Program-made: the position numbers and the translations under genes
Part shown: in pieces, positions 39,992 through 48,756 of the stretch
Layout of the letters: each line of letters opens with the position of its first letter
How positions within the stretch are numbered: the first letter of the stretch is position 1
NCBI GenBank assembly: GCA_963701775.1
Contig: CAVPBH010000017.1
Span: 128,729 to 192,728 of the forward strand
Length of the DNA stretch: 64,000 bases
Origin: an uncultured Chloroflexia bacterium
Lineage (GTDB): Bacteria > Chloroflexota > Anaerolineae > JAAYZQ01
Direction of reading: 5' to 3'
Notes under the pieces: generated by a model
Seen by the model: the letters and a program-made list of their open reading frames with translations, nothing else
Databases searched by the model: none
Told to the model about the DNA's origin: nothing

Positions 39992-40459
39992 ATGTTTCAA
40001 CGTGTCACACTCATCGGCCATGTGGGCCAGGATCCGCAGATGCGCTATACCCCCGACGGCACACCCGTCGCCTCCTTCAACCTAGCGACCAAGACCACGG
40101 TGAGCAAGGCCAAGACGCCCGATTGCCCTGCCGGTTGGAAGGATTCTTACAACGGCAAGAACTGGGAGTTGACGACCTGGTGGCGCGTGACGTGCTGGCG
40201 GCAGTTGGCCGAAATGGTCAGCCAGTACGTGACCAAGGGCATGCTGCTCTTCATCGAGGGCGAGGTTCGCGGCGATGCGGCAAACGGGACTCAAAACCCA
40301 CGGGTGTGGACCGGTAACGACGGCGTCGCCCGCGCCAGCTTTGAGCTTACAGCGCGAACGCTCAAATTCATGAGCGGCCGCGGCGAGAGTGGGGCCGGAG
40401 CGGCGCCTATCGGCGAGGAGCCCATCGAGCCAGAAGACGTCGGCGACCTGCCGTTCTAG
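39992..40459 (+). CDS. ssb: single-stranded DNA-binding protein
   Basis: MFQRVTLIGHVGQDPQMRYTPDGTPVASFNLAT (OB fold) and an acidic C-terminal tail ...EPEDVGDLPF. Confidence 0.85.
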   Translation: MFQRVTLIGHVGQDPQMRYTPDGTPVASFNLATKTTVSKAKTPDCPAGWKDSYNGKNWELTTWWRVTCWRQLAEMVSQYVTKGMLLFIEGEVRGDAANGTQNPRVWTGNDGVARASFELTARTLKFMSGRGESGAGAAPIGEEPIEPEDVGDLPF

Positions 40460-40610
40460 CGCGGCATTGGCGCGTTTCTGAGGAGCTGCCGGCTGCCTGA
40501 GCCGCGGCCGGGCTGGTGAGACCAACCTGACCGGGGTGCAGCGTCGCCTGCGGCGATCTGGGCGCCGTTCGTCCTCGAGATGAGCGGCGCCTTTTCCTGG
40601 GAGGCTGACC

Positions 40611-40928
40611 ATGAGCAATCGAGAGCAGCAGCCGCAGCAGCGGCCCATCCAGATCGAGCTGCCCGCCGATCTGGATGCCACGTATTCCAACTTTGCCCTG
40701 ATCACCCATTCCCCGTCCGAGATCATCATCGATTTCGCCCGGGTGCTGCCCAATGTCCCCAAAGCCAAAGTGCACGCCCGCATCGTCCTGACGCCGATGA
40801 ATGCCAAGCTTCTCCACCGGGCGTTGGGCGAGAACCTGGGCATCTTTGAGGGCAAGTACGGGGAGATCAAGACGCCTGACCGCGGCTTTGATGCGCACGC
40901 GGAGAAAATGGGATTCGTCCGGGACTAA
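40611..40928 (+). CDS. DUF3467 domain protein
   Basis: 105 aa. The ...YSNFALITHSPSEIIIDFARV... pattern is typical of DUF3467. Confidence 0.55.
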   Translation: MSNREQQPQQRPIQIELPADLDATYSNFALITHSPSEIIIDFARVLPNVPKAKVHARIVLTPMNAKLLHRALGENLGIFEGKYGEIKTPDRGFDAHAEKMGFVRD

Positions 40929-40932
40929 GACT

Positions 40933-42303
40933 ATGAGACCTATCGTGGCCCTGGTAGGACGCCCCAACGTGGGCAAGTCTACCCTCTTCAATCGCATCCT
41001 GGGCGAGCGGCGCGCCATCGTCGAGGATATCGCCGGCACGACCCGTGACCGTCTCTATGGCGACTCGGAGTGGAACGGCGTGTCCTTCACCGTCGTCGAT
41101 ACGGGAGGGCTGGAGATCCTCGAGAGCCAGAAGAAGCGCCCGGGCCGCGACCAGCCGGTGCCGTTGTCGACGTCATCCGCCGACTTTATCGAGGAGATCC
41201 GCCAGCAGGCCGAAATCGCGATAGCCGAAGCCGACGCCATTGTCCTGGTGGTGGACGTCCTCGACGGCCTGACCCCGGCCGACCAGGACGTGGCCGACGT
41301 GCTTCGCCGGACCGACAAGCCGGTCTTTGTCGCCGCGAACAAGTCGGACAACCGGGCGCGGGAGCAGGGCGCGGGCGAGTTCTACGCCCTGGGCCTCGGC
41401 GAGGTGTTTCCCATATCGGCTCTAGGCGGCACCAGCGTGGCGGACCTGCTCGACAAGGTCGTGGCCGCCCTGCCTCCTACGGAAGAGGAGCCCGCGCCGG
41501 AAGCGCTCAAGATCGCCCTGGTGGGCCGGCCGAATGTGGGCAAGTCGTCCCTGCTCAACAAGCTGCTCGGCGAGGAGCGGGCTATCGTGAGCCCCATCCC
41601 CGGCACGACGCGGGACACGATCGATACCTTCGTGACCTGGCAAGAGCAGCCGGTGCTTCTCATCGACACCGCCGGCATCCGGCGCCGGGGCCGCGTGGAG
41701 CAGGGGACCGAGCAGTTCAGCGTGCTCCGGGCGATGAAGGCCATCTCGCGCGCCGACGTCGCGCTGCTCCTGCTCGACGCCCAAGACCTGGTGGCGGCGC
41801 AAGATGCCCACGTCGCCGGCTATGTTCTGGAGGAGTACCGAAGCATCGTCGTCCTGGTGAACAAGTGGGACCTGATCGAAAAGGACACCCACACCATGGA
41901 TGCCTTCACCCAACAGATCCGCACCGACCTCCGCTTCCTCGACTATGTGCCGGTGCTCTTTGTCTCGGCACTGACGGGCCAACGGGTGAACAAAATCCTG
42001 CCTCTGGCCCTACAGGTGTACCAGGAACGGAACCGGCGCATCCCGACGAGCGAGCTGAATCGCCTGCTCGAAGATGCAACCGTCCGTCACCCGCCGGCTC
42101 ACAAGGCGGGAAAAGAGCTCAAGTTCTTGTATGCCACCCAGGCGAGCGTCGATCCGCCCACCTTTGTGTTTTTCGTGAATGACGTGCGCCTGGTCCACTT
42201 TTCGTACGAGCGCTACCTGGAGAACCAGATCCGCCGGCGCTACGGTTACATCGGCACGCCTCTCAAGCTGGTGTTTCGCCCGCGCGATAAGGAGAAGGAG
42301 TAG
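40933..42303 (+). CDS. der: ribosome biogenesis GTPase Der (EngA)
   Basis: Two GTPase domains (GRPNVGKSTLFN and GRPNVGKSSLLN) and a KH-like C-terminus. Confidence 0.95.
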   Translation: MRPIVALVGRPNVGKSTLFNRILGERRAIVEDIAGTTRDRLYGDSEWNGVSFTVVDTGGLEILESQKKRPGRDQPVPLSTSSADFIEEIRQQAEIAIAEADAIVLVVDVLDGLTPADQDVADVLRRTDKPVFVAANKSDNRAREQGAGEFYALGLGEVFPISALGGTSVADLLDKVVAALPPTEEEPAPEALKIALVGRPNVGKSSLLNKLLGEERAIVSPIPGTTRDTIDTFVTWQEQPVLLIDTAGIRRRGRVEQGTEQFSVLRAMKAISRADVALLLLDAQDLVAAQDAHVAGYVLEEYRSIVVLVNKWDLIEKDTHTMDAFTQQIRTDLRFLDYVPVLFVSALTGQRVNKILPLALQVYQERNRRIPTSELNRLLEDATVRHPPAHKAGKELKFLYATQASVDPPTFVFFVNDVRLVHFSYERYLENQIRRRYGYIGTPLKLVFRPRDKEKE

Positions 42304-42337
42304 AACCCAGAAGGGGGCGCTGCCTGGCCGCCGGGCC

Positions 42338-43258
42338 TCAGATGGCCAGCCCGAACCGGGCCACCAGCCAGCTTCGCAAGAGGTCCAGGGCGGCGATCTC
42401 GACCAGGGCCATGGCCAGCCCGGCGCTGAGCGGCACCAGTGCCTGGCGCCACGTCTGGGCAAGCCCTTCTCTTCGCATCACGATCGCCGCGATCATGGAG
42501 TTGAGGAGGGTCAGGAGCAGCAGCACCCCCAGGCTGGAGAGTAGGGCCACCGGGTAGAGGAGAAAGCCGATTTCTGCCTGGACGACCAGGACGATCGCGG
42601 CTGCCGGCACGAGGATCGCAGCCAGCTCCCCCACGTTTCTGATCACGGGCTCGGCGGCCGACTCGCTCCAGAGCGTGAATCGGTAGACGGGGTAGACAAA
42701 GCTGATAAGGGCCATCCCGTTGAGCATCCCGGTGGACATGCGCAGCCAGTTGCGCGGCTCGTAGAGGTGAGGTGCGTTGGGGAAGAAGGTCAGGTAGGAG
42801 TTCAGGCCGTCAAAGCCCCACACGCCGATGAAGGCGACGAGCAGGGCCAACACGGCCGGCGGCGGCAGGCGGTGGGCCCGGCTGCGCCGCAGCAGGAGAA
42901 TGACCACCAGCCCCAGCACCGCGCCCAGGAATGTGCCGGTACAGCGGGCGCACAGCGGCAATTGGCGCCCCCCCAGAAAGAAGGAGCGCTCCGGGATCTG
43001 ATGGCAGATGGCGAACCCCACTTTGTCTGCCTTGGCCAGCAGAGCATGGGGCGGGAGCGCAGCGGCAAGCAAGATCACGCCAGCGGAAAGGATGATCGCC
43101 AGACGGCCTATGGCGGATGGCGTATGGCTGATGGCAGATGGCATATGGCTGATAGCAGATGGCGGATGGCTTATGGCAGATGGCGTGTCGCCCATAGCAG
43201 GCGGCTTCTCGCCCTCGGAAGATGGTCCGTCGTCCGTGCGGTATCCACTGCTCGTCAT
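42338..43258 (-). CDS. DUF2085 membrane protein with N-terminal pentapeptide tandem repeats
   Basis: FAICHQIPERSFF...LPLCARCTG is the DUF2085 Cys motif. The N-terminus carries (P/M)SAISHx repeats. The start is uncertain; alternative ATG at 43195. Confidence 0.7.
   Translation of the reverse strand: MTSSGYRTDDGPSSEGEKPPAMGDTPSAISHPPSAISHMPSAISHTPSAIGRLAIILSAGVILLAAALPPHALLAKADKVGFAICHQIPERSFFLGGRQLPLCARCTGTFLGAVLGLVVILLLRRSRAHRLPPPAVLALLVAFIGVWGFDGLNSYLTFFPNAPHLYEPRNWLRMSTGMLNGMALISFVYPVYRFTLWSESAAEPVIRNVGELAAILVPAAAIVLVVQAEIGFLLYPVALLSSLGVLLLLTLLNSMIAAIVMRREGLAQTWRQALVPLSAGLAMALVEIAALDLLRSWLVARFGLAI
43105..43200. repeat. 15-nt tandem repeat array (about 6 copies, GGCRGATGGCDTATG-like)
   Basis: atggcggatggcgtatggctgatggcagatggcatatggctgatagcagatggcggatggcttatggcagatggcg. 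Degenerate copies extend toward 43290 into the putative promoter. Confidence 0.7.
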
Positions 43259-43377
43259 CGGCTATCCGCTATCTGCTATAGGCCGCATTATAGCTGCCCG
43301 GGCAGGGATTTGCCAACCGGTGACTTTCGGTGAAGCAGGGAGGTGTGATAGAATGGGGCGGGAAGAGAAGATTCCAC

Positions 43378-45444
43378 ATGAGCATCGCCCTGGGCATTGA
43401 CACCGGCGGCACCTACACCGATGCCGCCCTCGTAGACTACTCCACCGGACAGGTCCTGTGCTCGGCCAAGGCACTGACCACGCGCCTGGACCTGTCGCTG
43501 GGCATTGGCGAGGCCGTAGACAAGGTCTTCCATGCCTGCGGCGCTCCCGATCCGGCCCAGGTGAGCCTGGTCGCCCTCTCCACGACCCTGGCGACGAACG
43601 CCATCGTGGAAGGGCAGGGCAGCCCGATCTGCCTCATCTTGATCGGCTACGATCCCGAGCTGGTCCGCCAGTATGGCTTCCAGGAAGAGCTGGTGACCGA
43701 CGACGTCGTGTACATCGGCGGCGGGCACGACATCCGGGGGGACGAAGCGACGCCCCTGGACGAGGCGGCGCTCCGGCAGGCAATCCTGGCGCGGAAGGAC
43801 CACGTGGAGGCCTTTGGCGTTTCGGGCTACTTTGGGGTGCGCAACCCAGCCCACGAGCAGCGCGCGCGCGACCTGATCCAGGAGATGACCGGGCTGCCGG
43901 TGACCTGCGGGCACGAGCTAACCAGCCGCCTCAACTCGGTGCGCCGCGCGACCACGGTGGCGCTCAACGCCCGGCTGGTGCCGCTACTGCGCGAGCTGGT
44001 CGAGACGCTGGGCCGCACGCTGGCCGAGCGGTCGATCAGCGCGCCGCTGATGGTGGTCAAGGGCGATGGCTCGCTGGTGCGCGCCGGCTGGGCCATGCAG
44101 CGGCCCATCGAGACGATCCTGTCGGGGCCGGCCGCCAGTGCGGTCGGCGCGTGGCACCTGGCCCGCCTAGCCGGGGGAGACCTGAATGACGGGGCGCTCT
44201 GGGCGGTCGACGTCGGGGGCACCACGACCGACATTGCCTCCCTGCGCGACGGCCGCCCGCGGCTGAACCCCGAAGGTGCCCAGGTCGGGCGCTGGCGGAC
44301 CATGGTGGAGGCGGTCGACGTTCACACCATCGGGCTGGGGGGCGATAGCCACGTCCGCCTGACGTCGGACCGGCAGCTTCTCATCGGGCCGCAGCGGGTG
44401 GTGCCGCTGAGCCTTCTGGCCAGCCTCCACCCCGAGGCCGTGGCCGAGCTGCGCCGCTATGCTGCCGTGCCTTCCCGCGAGGAGGTGGCGGCCCAGTTCC
44501 TGCTGGCGCGCCGGCCTCCTAGGCGCCCCCTGGATGCCGAGGAGACATCCCTGCTGCGGCGGCTGGCTCAAGGGCCGGCCCTGCTTTCCTCCCTGCTGCG
44601 CGAGTCACGCTATGGGGCACTACTGCTGCGGCGCATCGACCGGCTGGCGGCCGAGCACCTGGTCATCCGGGCGGGCTTTACCCCGACCGACGCGCTGCAC
44701 GCCCTGGGCCGCCTCGACTTGTGGGACGCCGAGGCCGCCCGGCTGGGGGCCCAAATCCTGGCGGCGCAGCGCCGTGGTGGCTCGGTCGGGAGACCGGCCA
44801 CAGCAGAGGGGAGACCGGCCACAGCAGAGGATCTGTGCCGGGAGGTGGTCGAAGGGGTGTCGGGCCTGGCCGCGGGCGCGCTGGTGACCAAGGCGTTGAG
44901 CGACGAGGCACACCTGCCCGACTGGAACCTGGAGCCGACCGCCGCCCTCCTGCTGCGGCACGCCCTGGGCGACGGACACGACAGCGAGCTGGGCTATGCC
45001 CTGACCCTGCGCCGGCCGGTGGTCGCCATCGGCGCCCCGGTGCAGGCCTATATGCCGCGCGTGGCCGAGATGCTCCACACGCGCCTGCTGATCCCACCCC
45101 ATGCCGAGGTGGCCAATGCCGTGGGGGCGGTCGTCGGAGGCGTGGTCCAGCGCCGGCAGGTCCTCATCACCCCGCACGAATCGGGGGGCGCCCTGCGGCT
45201 GCACTTGCCTGAGGGCGTGCAGGATTTCACCCTGTTGGAGGAGGCCGTCGCCTGCGCCCAGGAGCGGATGACCCCCTGGATGGAGGAGCGGGCCCGGCAG
45301 GCCGGGGCGAGCGTGGTCGAGGTCCACATGGCGCGCCGGGATACCGAGGCGACGGTGCGCGTCGGTTGGGGCGACAAGATCTACCTGGGAACCGAGCTGA
45401 CCTTTACCGCGGTGGGCCGGCCCAGCCCGACGCGCGACCCGTAG
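43378..45444 (+). CDS. hydantoinase/oxoprolinase-family protein (Hydantoinase_A-like)
   Basis: MSIALGIDTGGTYTDAALVD... is the N-terminal ASKHA nucleotide-binding motif. 688 aa. Contains a 21-bp tandem duplication (GRPATAE x2). Confidence 0.75.
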   Translation: MSIALGIDTGGTYTDAALVDYSTGQVLCSAKALTTRLDLSLGIGEAVDKVFHACGAPDPAQVSLVALSTTLATNAIVEGQGSPICLILIGYDPELVRQYGFQEELVTDDVVYIGGGHDIRGDEATPLDEAALRQAILARKDHVEAFGVSGYFGVRNPAHEQRARDLIQEMTGLPVTCGHELTSRLNSVRRATTVALNARLVPLLRELVETLGRTLAERSISAPLMVVKGDGSLVRAGWAMQRPIETILSGPAASAVGAWHLARLAGGDLNDGALWAVDVGGTTTDIASLRDGRPRLNPEGAQVGRWRTMVEAVDVHTIGLGGDSHVRLTSDRQLLIGPQRVVPLSLLASLHPEAVAELRRYAAVPSREEVAAQFLLARRPPRRPLDAEETSLLRRLAQGPALLSSLLRESRYGALLLRRIDRLAAEHLVIRAGFTPTDALHALGRLDLWDAEAARLGAQILAAQRRGGSVGRPATAEGRPATAEDLCREVVEGVSGLAAGALVTKALSDEAHLPDWNLEPTAALLLRHALGDGHDSELGYALTLRRPVVAIGAPVQAYMPRVAEMLHTRLLIPPHAEVANAVGAVVGGVVQRRQVLITPHESGGALRLHLPEGVQDFTLLEEAVACAQERMTPWMEERARQAGASVVEVHMARRDTEATVRVGWGDKIYLGTELTFTAVGRPSPTRDP
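44776..44802. repeat. left copy of 27-bp perfect inverted repeat (GGTGGCTCGGTCGGGAGACCGGCCACA)
   Basis: The reverse complement occurs at 45449-45475. Followed by the 21-bp direct duplication gggagaccggccacagcagag x2. Confidence 0.8.
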
Positions 45445-45448
45445 GTCC

Positions 45449-45475
45449 GTTGTGGCCGGTCTCCCGACCGAGCCA
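45449..45475. repeat. right copy of 27-bp perfect inverted repeat, immediately after hydantoinase-like stop and before dNK RBS
   Basis: tgtggccggtctcccgaccgagccacc is the reverse complement of 44776-44802. Confidence 0.8.
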
Positions 45476-46123
45476 CCAGGAGGAGCCATGAAAAAGTTCA
45501 TCGCAGTCGCCGGCAACGTGGGGGTGGGCAAGTCCACCCTGACCCGGCTGTTGAGCGAGTACCTATGCTGGGAGCCCTTCTTCGAGGCGGTGGACGACAA
45601 CCCCTACCTGCCCGACTTTTACCGCGACATGCGCACCTGGGCCTTCCATTCGCAGGTCTATTTCCTCTCCCGCCGGCTGGGGCACCACCGGCAGATCATC
45701 GACCGGCCCGGGACGGTCGTGCAGGACCGCTCGGTGTACGAGGACGCCGAGATCTTTGCCCGCAACCTCTACCTTCAGAACCACATGGGCGAGCGGGACT
45801 GGGCCAGCTACTGGGACCTGTACCAGACGGTAATCACGATCCTGCCGCCGCCCGACCTGGTGATCTATCTCCAGGCGTCGGTGCCGGTGCTTCAGGAGCG
45901 GATCCGGCAGCGCGGGCGGGACTATGAGCAAAAGATCGCCGGCGAGTACCTGACGCAGCTCAACGACCTGTACGAGACGTGGGCGCAGGGCTTCCGCCTG
46001 TGCCCGGTGCTCACCGTGCCGACGGACAGCCTTAACTTTGTGTCGGACACCTCCCGCCTGCAGCTCATCGCCGACCGGGTGCTGGAGAAGCTGCATGGTA
46101 AAGAGGTGGTGGTGTTTGAGTAG
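45458..46123 (+). CDS. deoxynucleoside kinase (intact paralog)
   Basis: MKKFIAVAGNVGVGKSTL (P-loop), ...DRSVYEDAEIFA..., LVIYLQASVPVLQERIRQRGRDYE. Confidence 0.9.
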   Translation, partial: GLPTEPPGGAMKKFIAVAGNVGVGKSTLTRLLSEYLCWEPFFEAVDDNPYLPDFYRDMRTWAFHSQVYFLSRRLGHHRQIIDRPGTVVQDRSVYEDAEIFARNLYLQNHMGERDWASYWDLYQTVITILPPPDLVIYLQASVPVLQERIRQRGRDYEQKIAGEYLTQLNDLYETWAQGFRLCPVLTVPTDSLNFVSDTSRLQLIADRVLEKLHGKEVVVFE

Positions 46124-46234
46124 GGGGCATTGCCCGCCTCCCCCCGCCAGTTTGCTTCCATCCCTCCCTGGTGTACAATGCCCCCGGCGAAGCGGCCCAC
46201 ATGGCCGCTTTGCTTGACGTTTGACGGAGGCAGT

Positions 46235-47323
46235 ATGCAAATCGGGATCATCGGTCTGCCCAACAGCACCAAGACCACCATCTTCAACGCCCTGACGCGC
46301 AGCCAGGTCGAGACGGCGTCCTACACGACCGGCCTGGTCGAGACCAACACGGCCATGGTGCGCGTGCCGGACCCGCGCATCGACCGCCTGGTCGCCATGT
46401 TCCACCCGCGCAAGACGGGCTACGCCCAGGTGCAGTACAACGACATCGCCGGCCTGCGCGTCGGCCTCGGCCAGGAGGGCGGGCTGAGCGGCCCGCTGCT
46501 CAACGCCGTGGCCCAGAACGACGCCTTCCTGCACGTCGTGCGCGCCTTCGAGGACGAGGATGTGCCCCATCCTGCCGGGCGGGTCGACCCGACCCGCGAC
46601 CTGGAATCGATCGACTTTGAGCTGCTCTTCTCCGACCTGGTGATCATCGAGCGCAGCCTGGAGCGGCTGGCCGAGCGCCTGGGCAAGAAAAAGGCCTACG
46701 CCCAGCGGGAGGCCGACGAGGCGATGGATGCCCTGCTCCGGCGCCTCAAGGAGACGCTGGAGGCCGAAATCCCGCTGCGCGACCTCGATCTGACAGAGGA
46801 GGAAAAGACGTCGATCCGCGGCTACCAGTTCCTCACCGGCAAGCCGGTGCTGGTGCTGCTGAACGTCGGCTACGACGGCGTCACCGACCCGTGTGCCTAT
46901 CTGCTGCCGGAGCACCGCTGCACCGAGGCGATCTGCCTGCGCGGCGGGCTGGAGGCGGAGATCGCGCAGCTCGACGACGAAGACGCCAAGCTCTTCCTGG
47001 TGGAGTATGGGATCACCGAGCCGGGCCTGCACCGCATGATCCGGCTGAGCTATCGCTTGCTCGGCCTGCAATCCTTCTTCACCGTGGGCGAGGACGAGGT
47101 GCGGAGCTGGACCGTCCCGGTGGGCGCCACGGCGCTGGAGGCGGCCGGCGCGATCCACTCCGACCTGGCGCGCGGCTTTATCCGCGCCGAGGTGGTCGCC
47201 TACAACGACCTGATCGCCGCGGGCTCGCTCGATGCGGCGCGCAAGCAGGGCACCCTGCGCCTGCAGGGCCGCGACTATGTCGTCCAGGATGGGGATATCC
47301 TCTCCATCCGCTTTAACGTGTAG
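46235..47323 (+). CDS. ychF: redox-regulated ribosome-binding ATPase YchF
   Basis: MQIGIIGLPNSTKTTIFNALT, and a C-terminal TGS domain ...LRLQGRDYVVQDGDILSIRFNV. Confidence 0.95.
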   Translation: MQIGIIGLPNSTKTTIFNALTRSQVETASYTTGLVETNTAMVRVPDPRIDRLVAMFHPRKTGYAQVQYNDIAGLRVGLGQEGGLSGPLLNAVAQNDAFLHVVRAFEDEDVPHPAGRVDPTRDLESIDFELLFSDLVIIERSLERLAERLGKKKAYAQREADEAMDALLRRLKETLEAEIPLRDLDLTEEEKTSIRGYQFLTGKPVLVLLNVGYDGVTDPCAYLLPEHRCTEAICLRGGLEAEIAQLDDEDAKLFLVEYGITEPGLHRMIRLSYRLLGLQSFFTVGEDEVRSWTVPVGATALEAAGAIHSDLARGFIRAEVVAYNDLIAAGSLDAARKQGTLRLQGRDYVVQDGDILSIRFNV

Positions 47324-47340
47324 GCCAGGGAGGGATCAGT

Positions 47341-47877
47341 ATGCACCCACAGAAGCGCTGGATGCTCGGGATCAATGTGCTGGGCGGGATCGCCGTGCTC
47401 GGCAGCTACGCAATCGGCCTGGTCACCCATCCCGGGGAGGGCGGGGCGCTGTGGGGTGGAGTGCCCGACTCACTCCGGCCCCTCTACACCGCCGGCATGC
47501 TGCTGGCGGCGCTGGGGTACTTTGCCTTCAGCTACTTCCTCCTGTTCCGCCTTGACCCAAGCCGCACTCGCATCGGAGGGCGTTTCGGCTTTGGCCTGTT
47601 CAACCTTCTCCTTGCCGCCATGCTGGTCCCGTCGGCGCTCTGGATGCCGTTGACTATACGGATGGTGCAGCAGCCGGACCCTGGTTTGTGGGTGGCGATT
47701 CGACTGGTCTTGGCACTGGTGGGCCTGGCAGCCGTGGGCCTGGTCCTTGCCCTGCTGTGGCTCCGGCCCAGGCAGCCGCGCTGGGCCTACTGGGCCGCCG
47801 TGGCAGGGGCCGCGCTCTTTGCGCTTCACACCGGCGTGTTGGATGCGCTGATCTGGCCTGCCTTCTTTGCCGCCTGA
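47341..47877 (+). CDS. hypothetical polytopic membrane protein
   Basis: 178 aa, 5 predicted TM helices, no recognisable motif. Confidence 0.45.
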   Translation: MHPQKRWMLGINVLGGIAVLGSYAIGLVTHPGEGGALWGGVPDSLRPLYTAGMLLAALGYFAFSYFLLFRLDPSRTRIGGRFGFGLFNLLLAAMLVPSALWMPLTIRMVQQPDPGLWVAIRLVLALVGLAAVGLVLALLWLRPRQPRWAYWAAVAGAALFALHTGVLDALIWPAFFAA

Positions 47878-47885
47878 GGACTTCT

Positions 47886-48749
47886 GTGACACCCATCCCC
47901 ATCGCACTCTCCACCGGCTCGCTCTACACGTATGGCATTGCCCGTGTCTTTGAGCTGGCTGCGCAGGCAGGCTTTGACGGCGTCGAGGTGCTGATGGATC
48001 ACCGCTGGGACGGCCGCCACCCCGCCTACTTGCGCCGGGTCAGCCGGGACACCGGCATGCCCATCTTGGCCGTCCACAACCCTTTTGTGCCGCATGTGCC
48101 CGGCTGGCCTGCCGGCTCGCTCGGCCGGCTGCGTGCCTCGGCTGCCGTGGCCCGCGAGGTCGGGGCGCCGGTCGTCGTCGCTCACTTGCCGCTGCGCATG
48201 CTGGCAATCAAGGTAGAGCTGTTCGGCACGCGCTCGAAGCCTCTCCTGCTGCCGGTGCCGTGGCCTCTCCGCGACGGCGACTACCGGCGCCTGCTGCTGC
48301 ACGACCTGCCTGCCTTCGAGGCCGCAGAAGGGGTGCGCGTGGGCGTCGAGAACATGCCGGCCAAGCGTCTGTTGGGGTTCCGGGTGGATTTTCACGCCTT
48401 CAACGACCTGGAGGCGCTGGACGGTTTCCCGCACCTGACCCTGGACACCACCCACCTGGCGACCTGGGGCCTGGACGTGGTGGGGCTCTACCGGCGCTGG
48501 AGGGAGCGCGTGATCCACGTCCACCTGTCCAACTTTTCCGGGGGCAGGGAGCATCTGCTGCCTTCGCGGGGGCAGGTGCCCGTCGCGGATTTTCTCCGGC
48601 TGCTGGCCGAGGATGAGTACGCCGGCAGCATCTCGGTGGAGCTGCACCCGGAGGCGCTCGAAGCCGAGGACGAGGGGAAGGTGCTCGCCCACCTGCGCCG
48701 GGAGCTGGCCTTCTGCCGGGAGCATGTCGCTCCCCGCGCGTCGGCCTGA
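47886..48749 (+). CDS. sugar phosphate isomerase/epimerase (xylose isomerase-like TIM barrel)
   Basis: GTG start. IALSTGSLYTYGIARVFELAAQAGFDGVEV... and HLSNFSGG fit the AP-endonuclease-2/xylose-isomerase-like fold. Confidence 0.7.
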   Translation: MTPIPIALSTGSLYTYGIARVFELAAQAGFDGVEVLMDHRWDGRHPAYLRRVSRDTGMPILAVHNPFVPHVPGWPAGSLGRLRASAAVAREVGAPVVVAHLPLRMLAIKVELFGTRSKPLLLPVPWPLRDGDYRRLLLHDLPAFEAAEGVRVGVENMPAKRLLGFRVDFHAFNDLEALDGFPHLTLDTTHLATWGLDVVGLYRRWRERVIHVHLSNFSGGREHLLPSRGQVPVADFLRLLAEDEYAGSISVELHPEALEAEDEGKVLAHLRRELAFCREHVAPRASA

Positions 48750-48756
48750 GAGGAAG

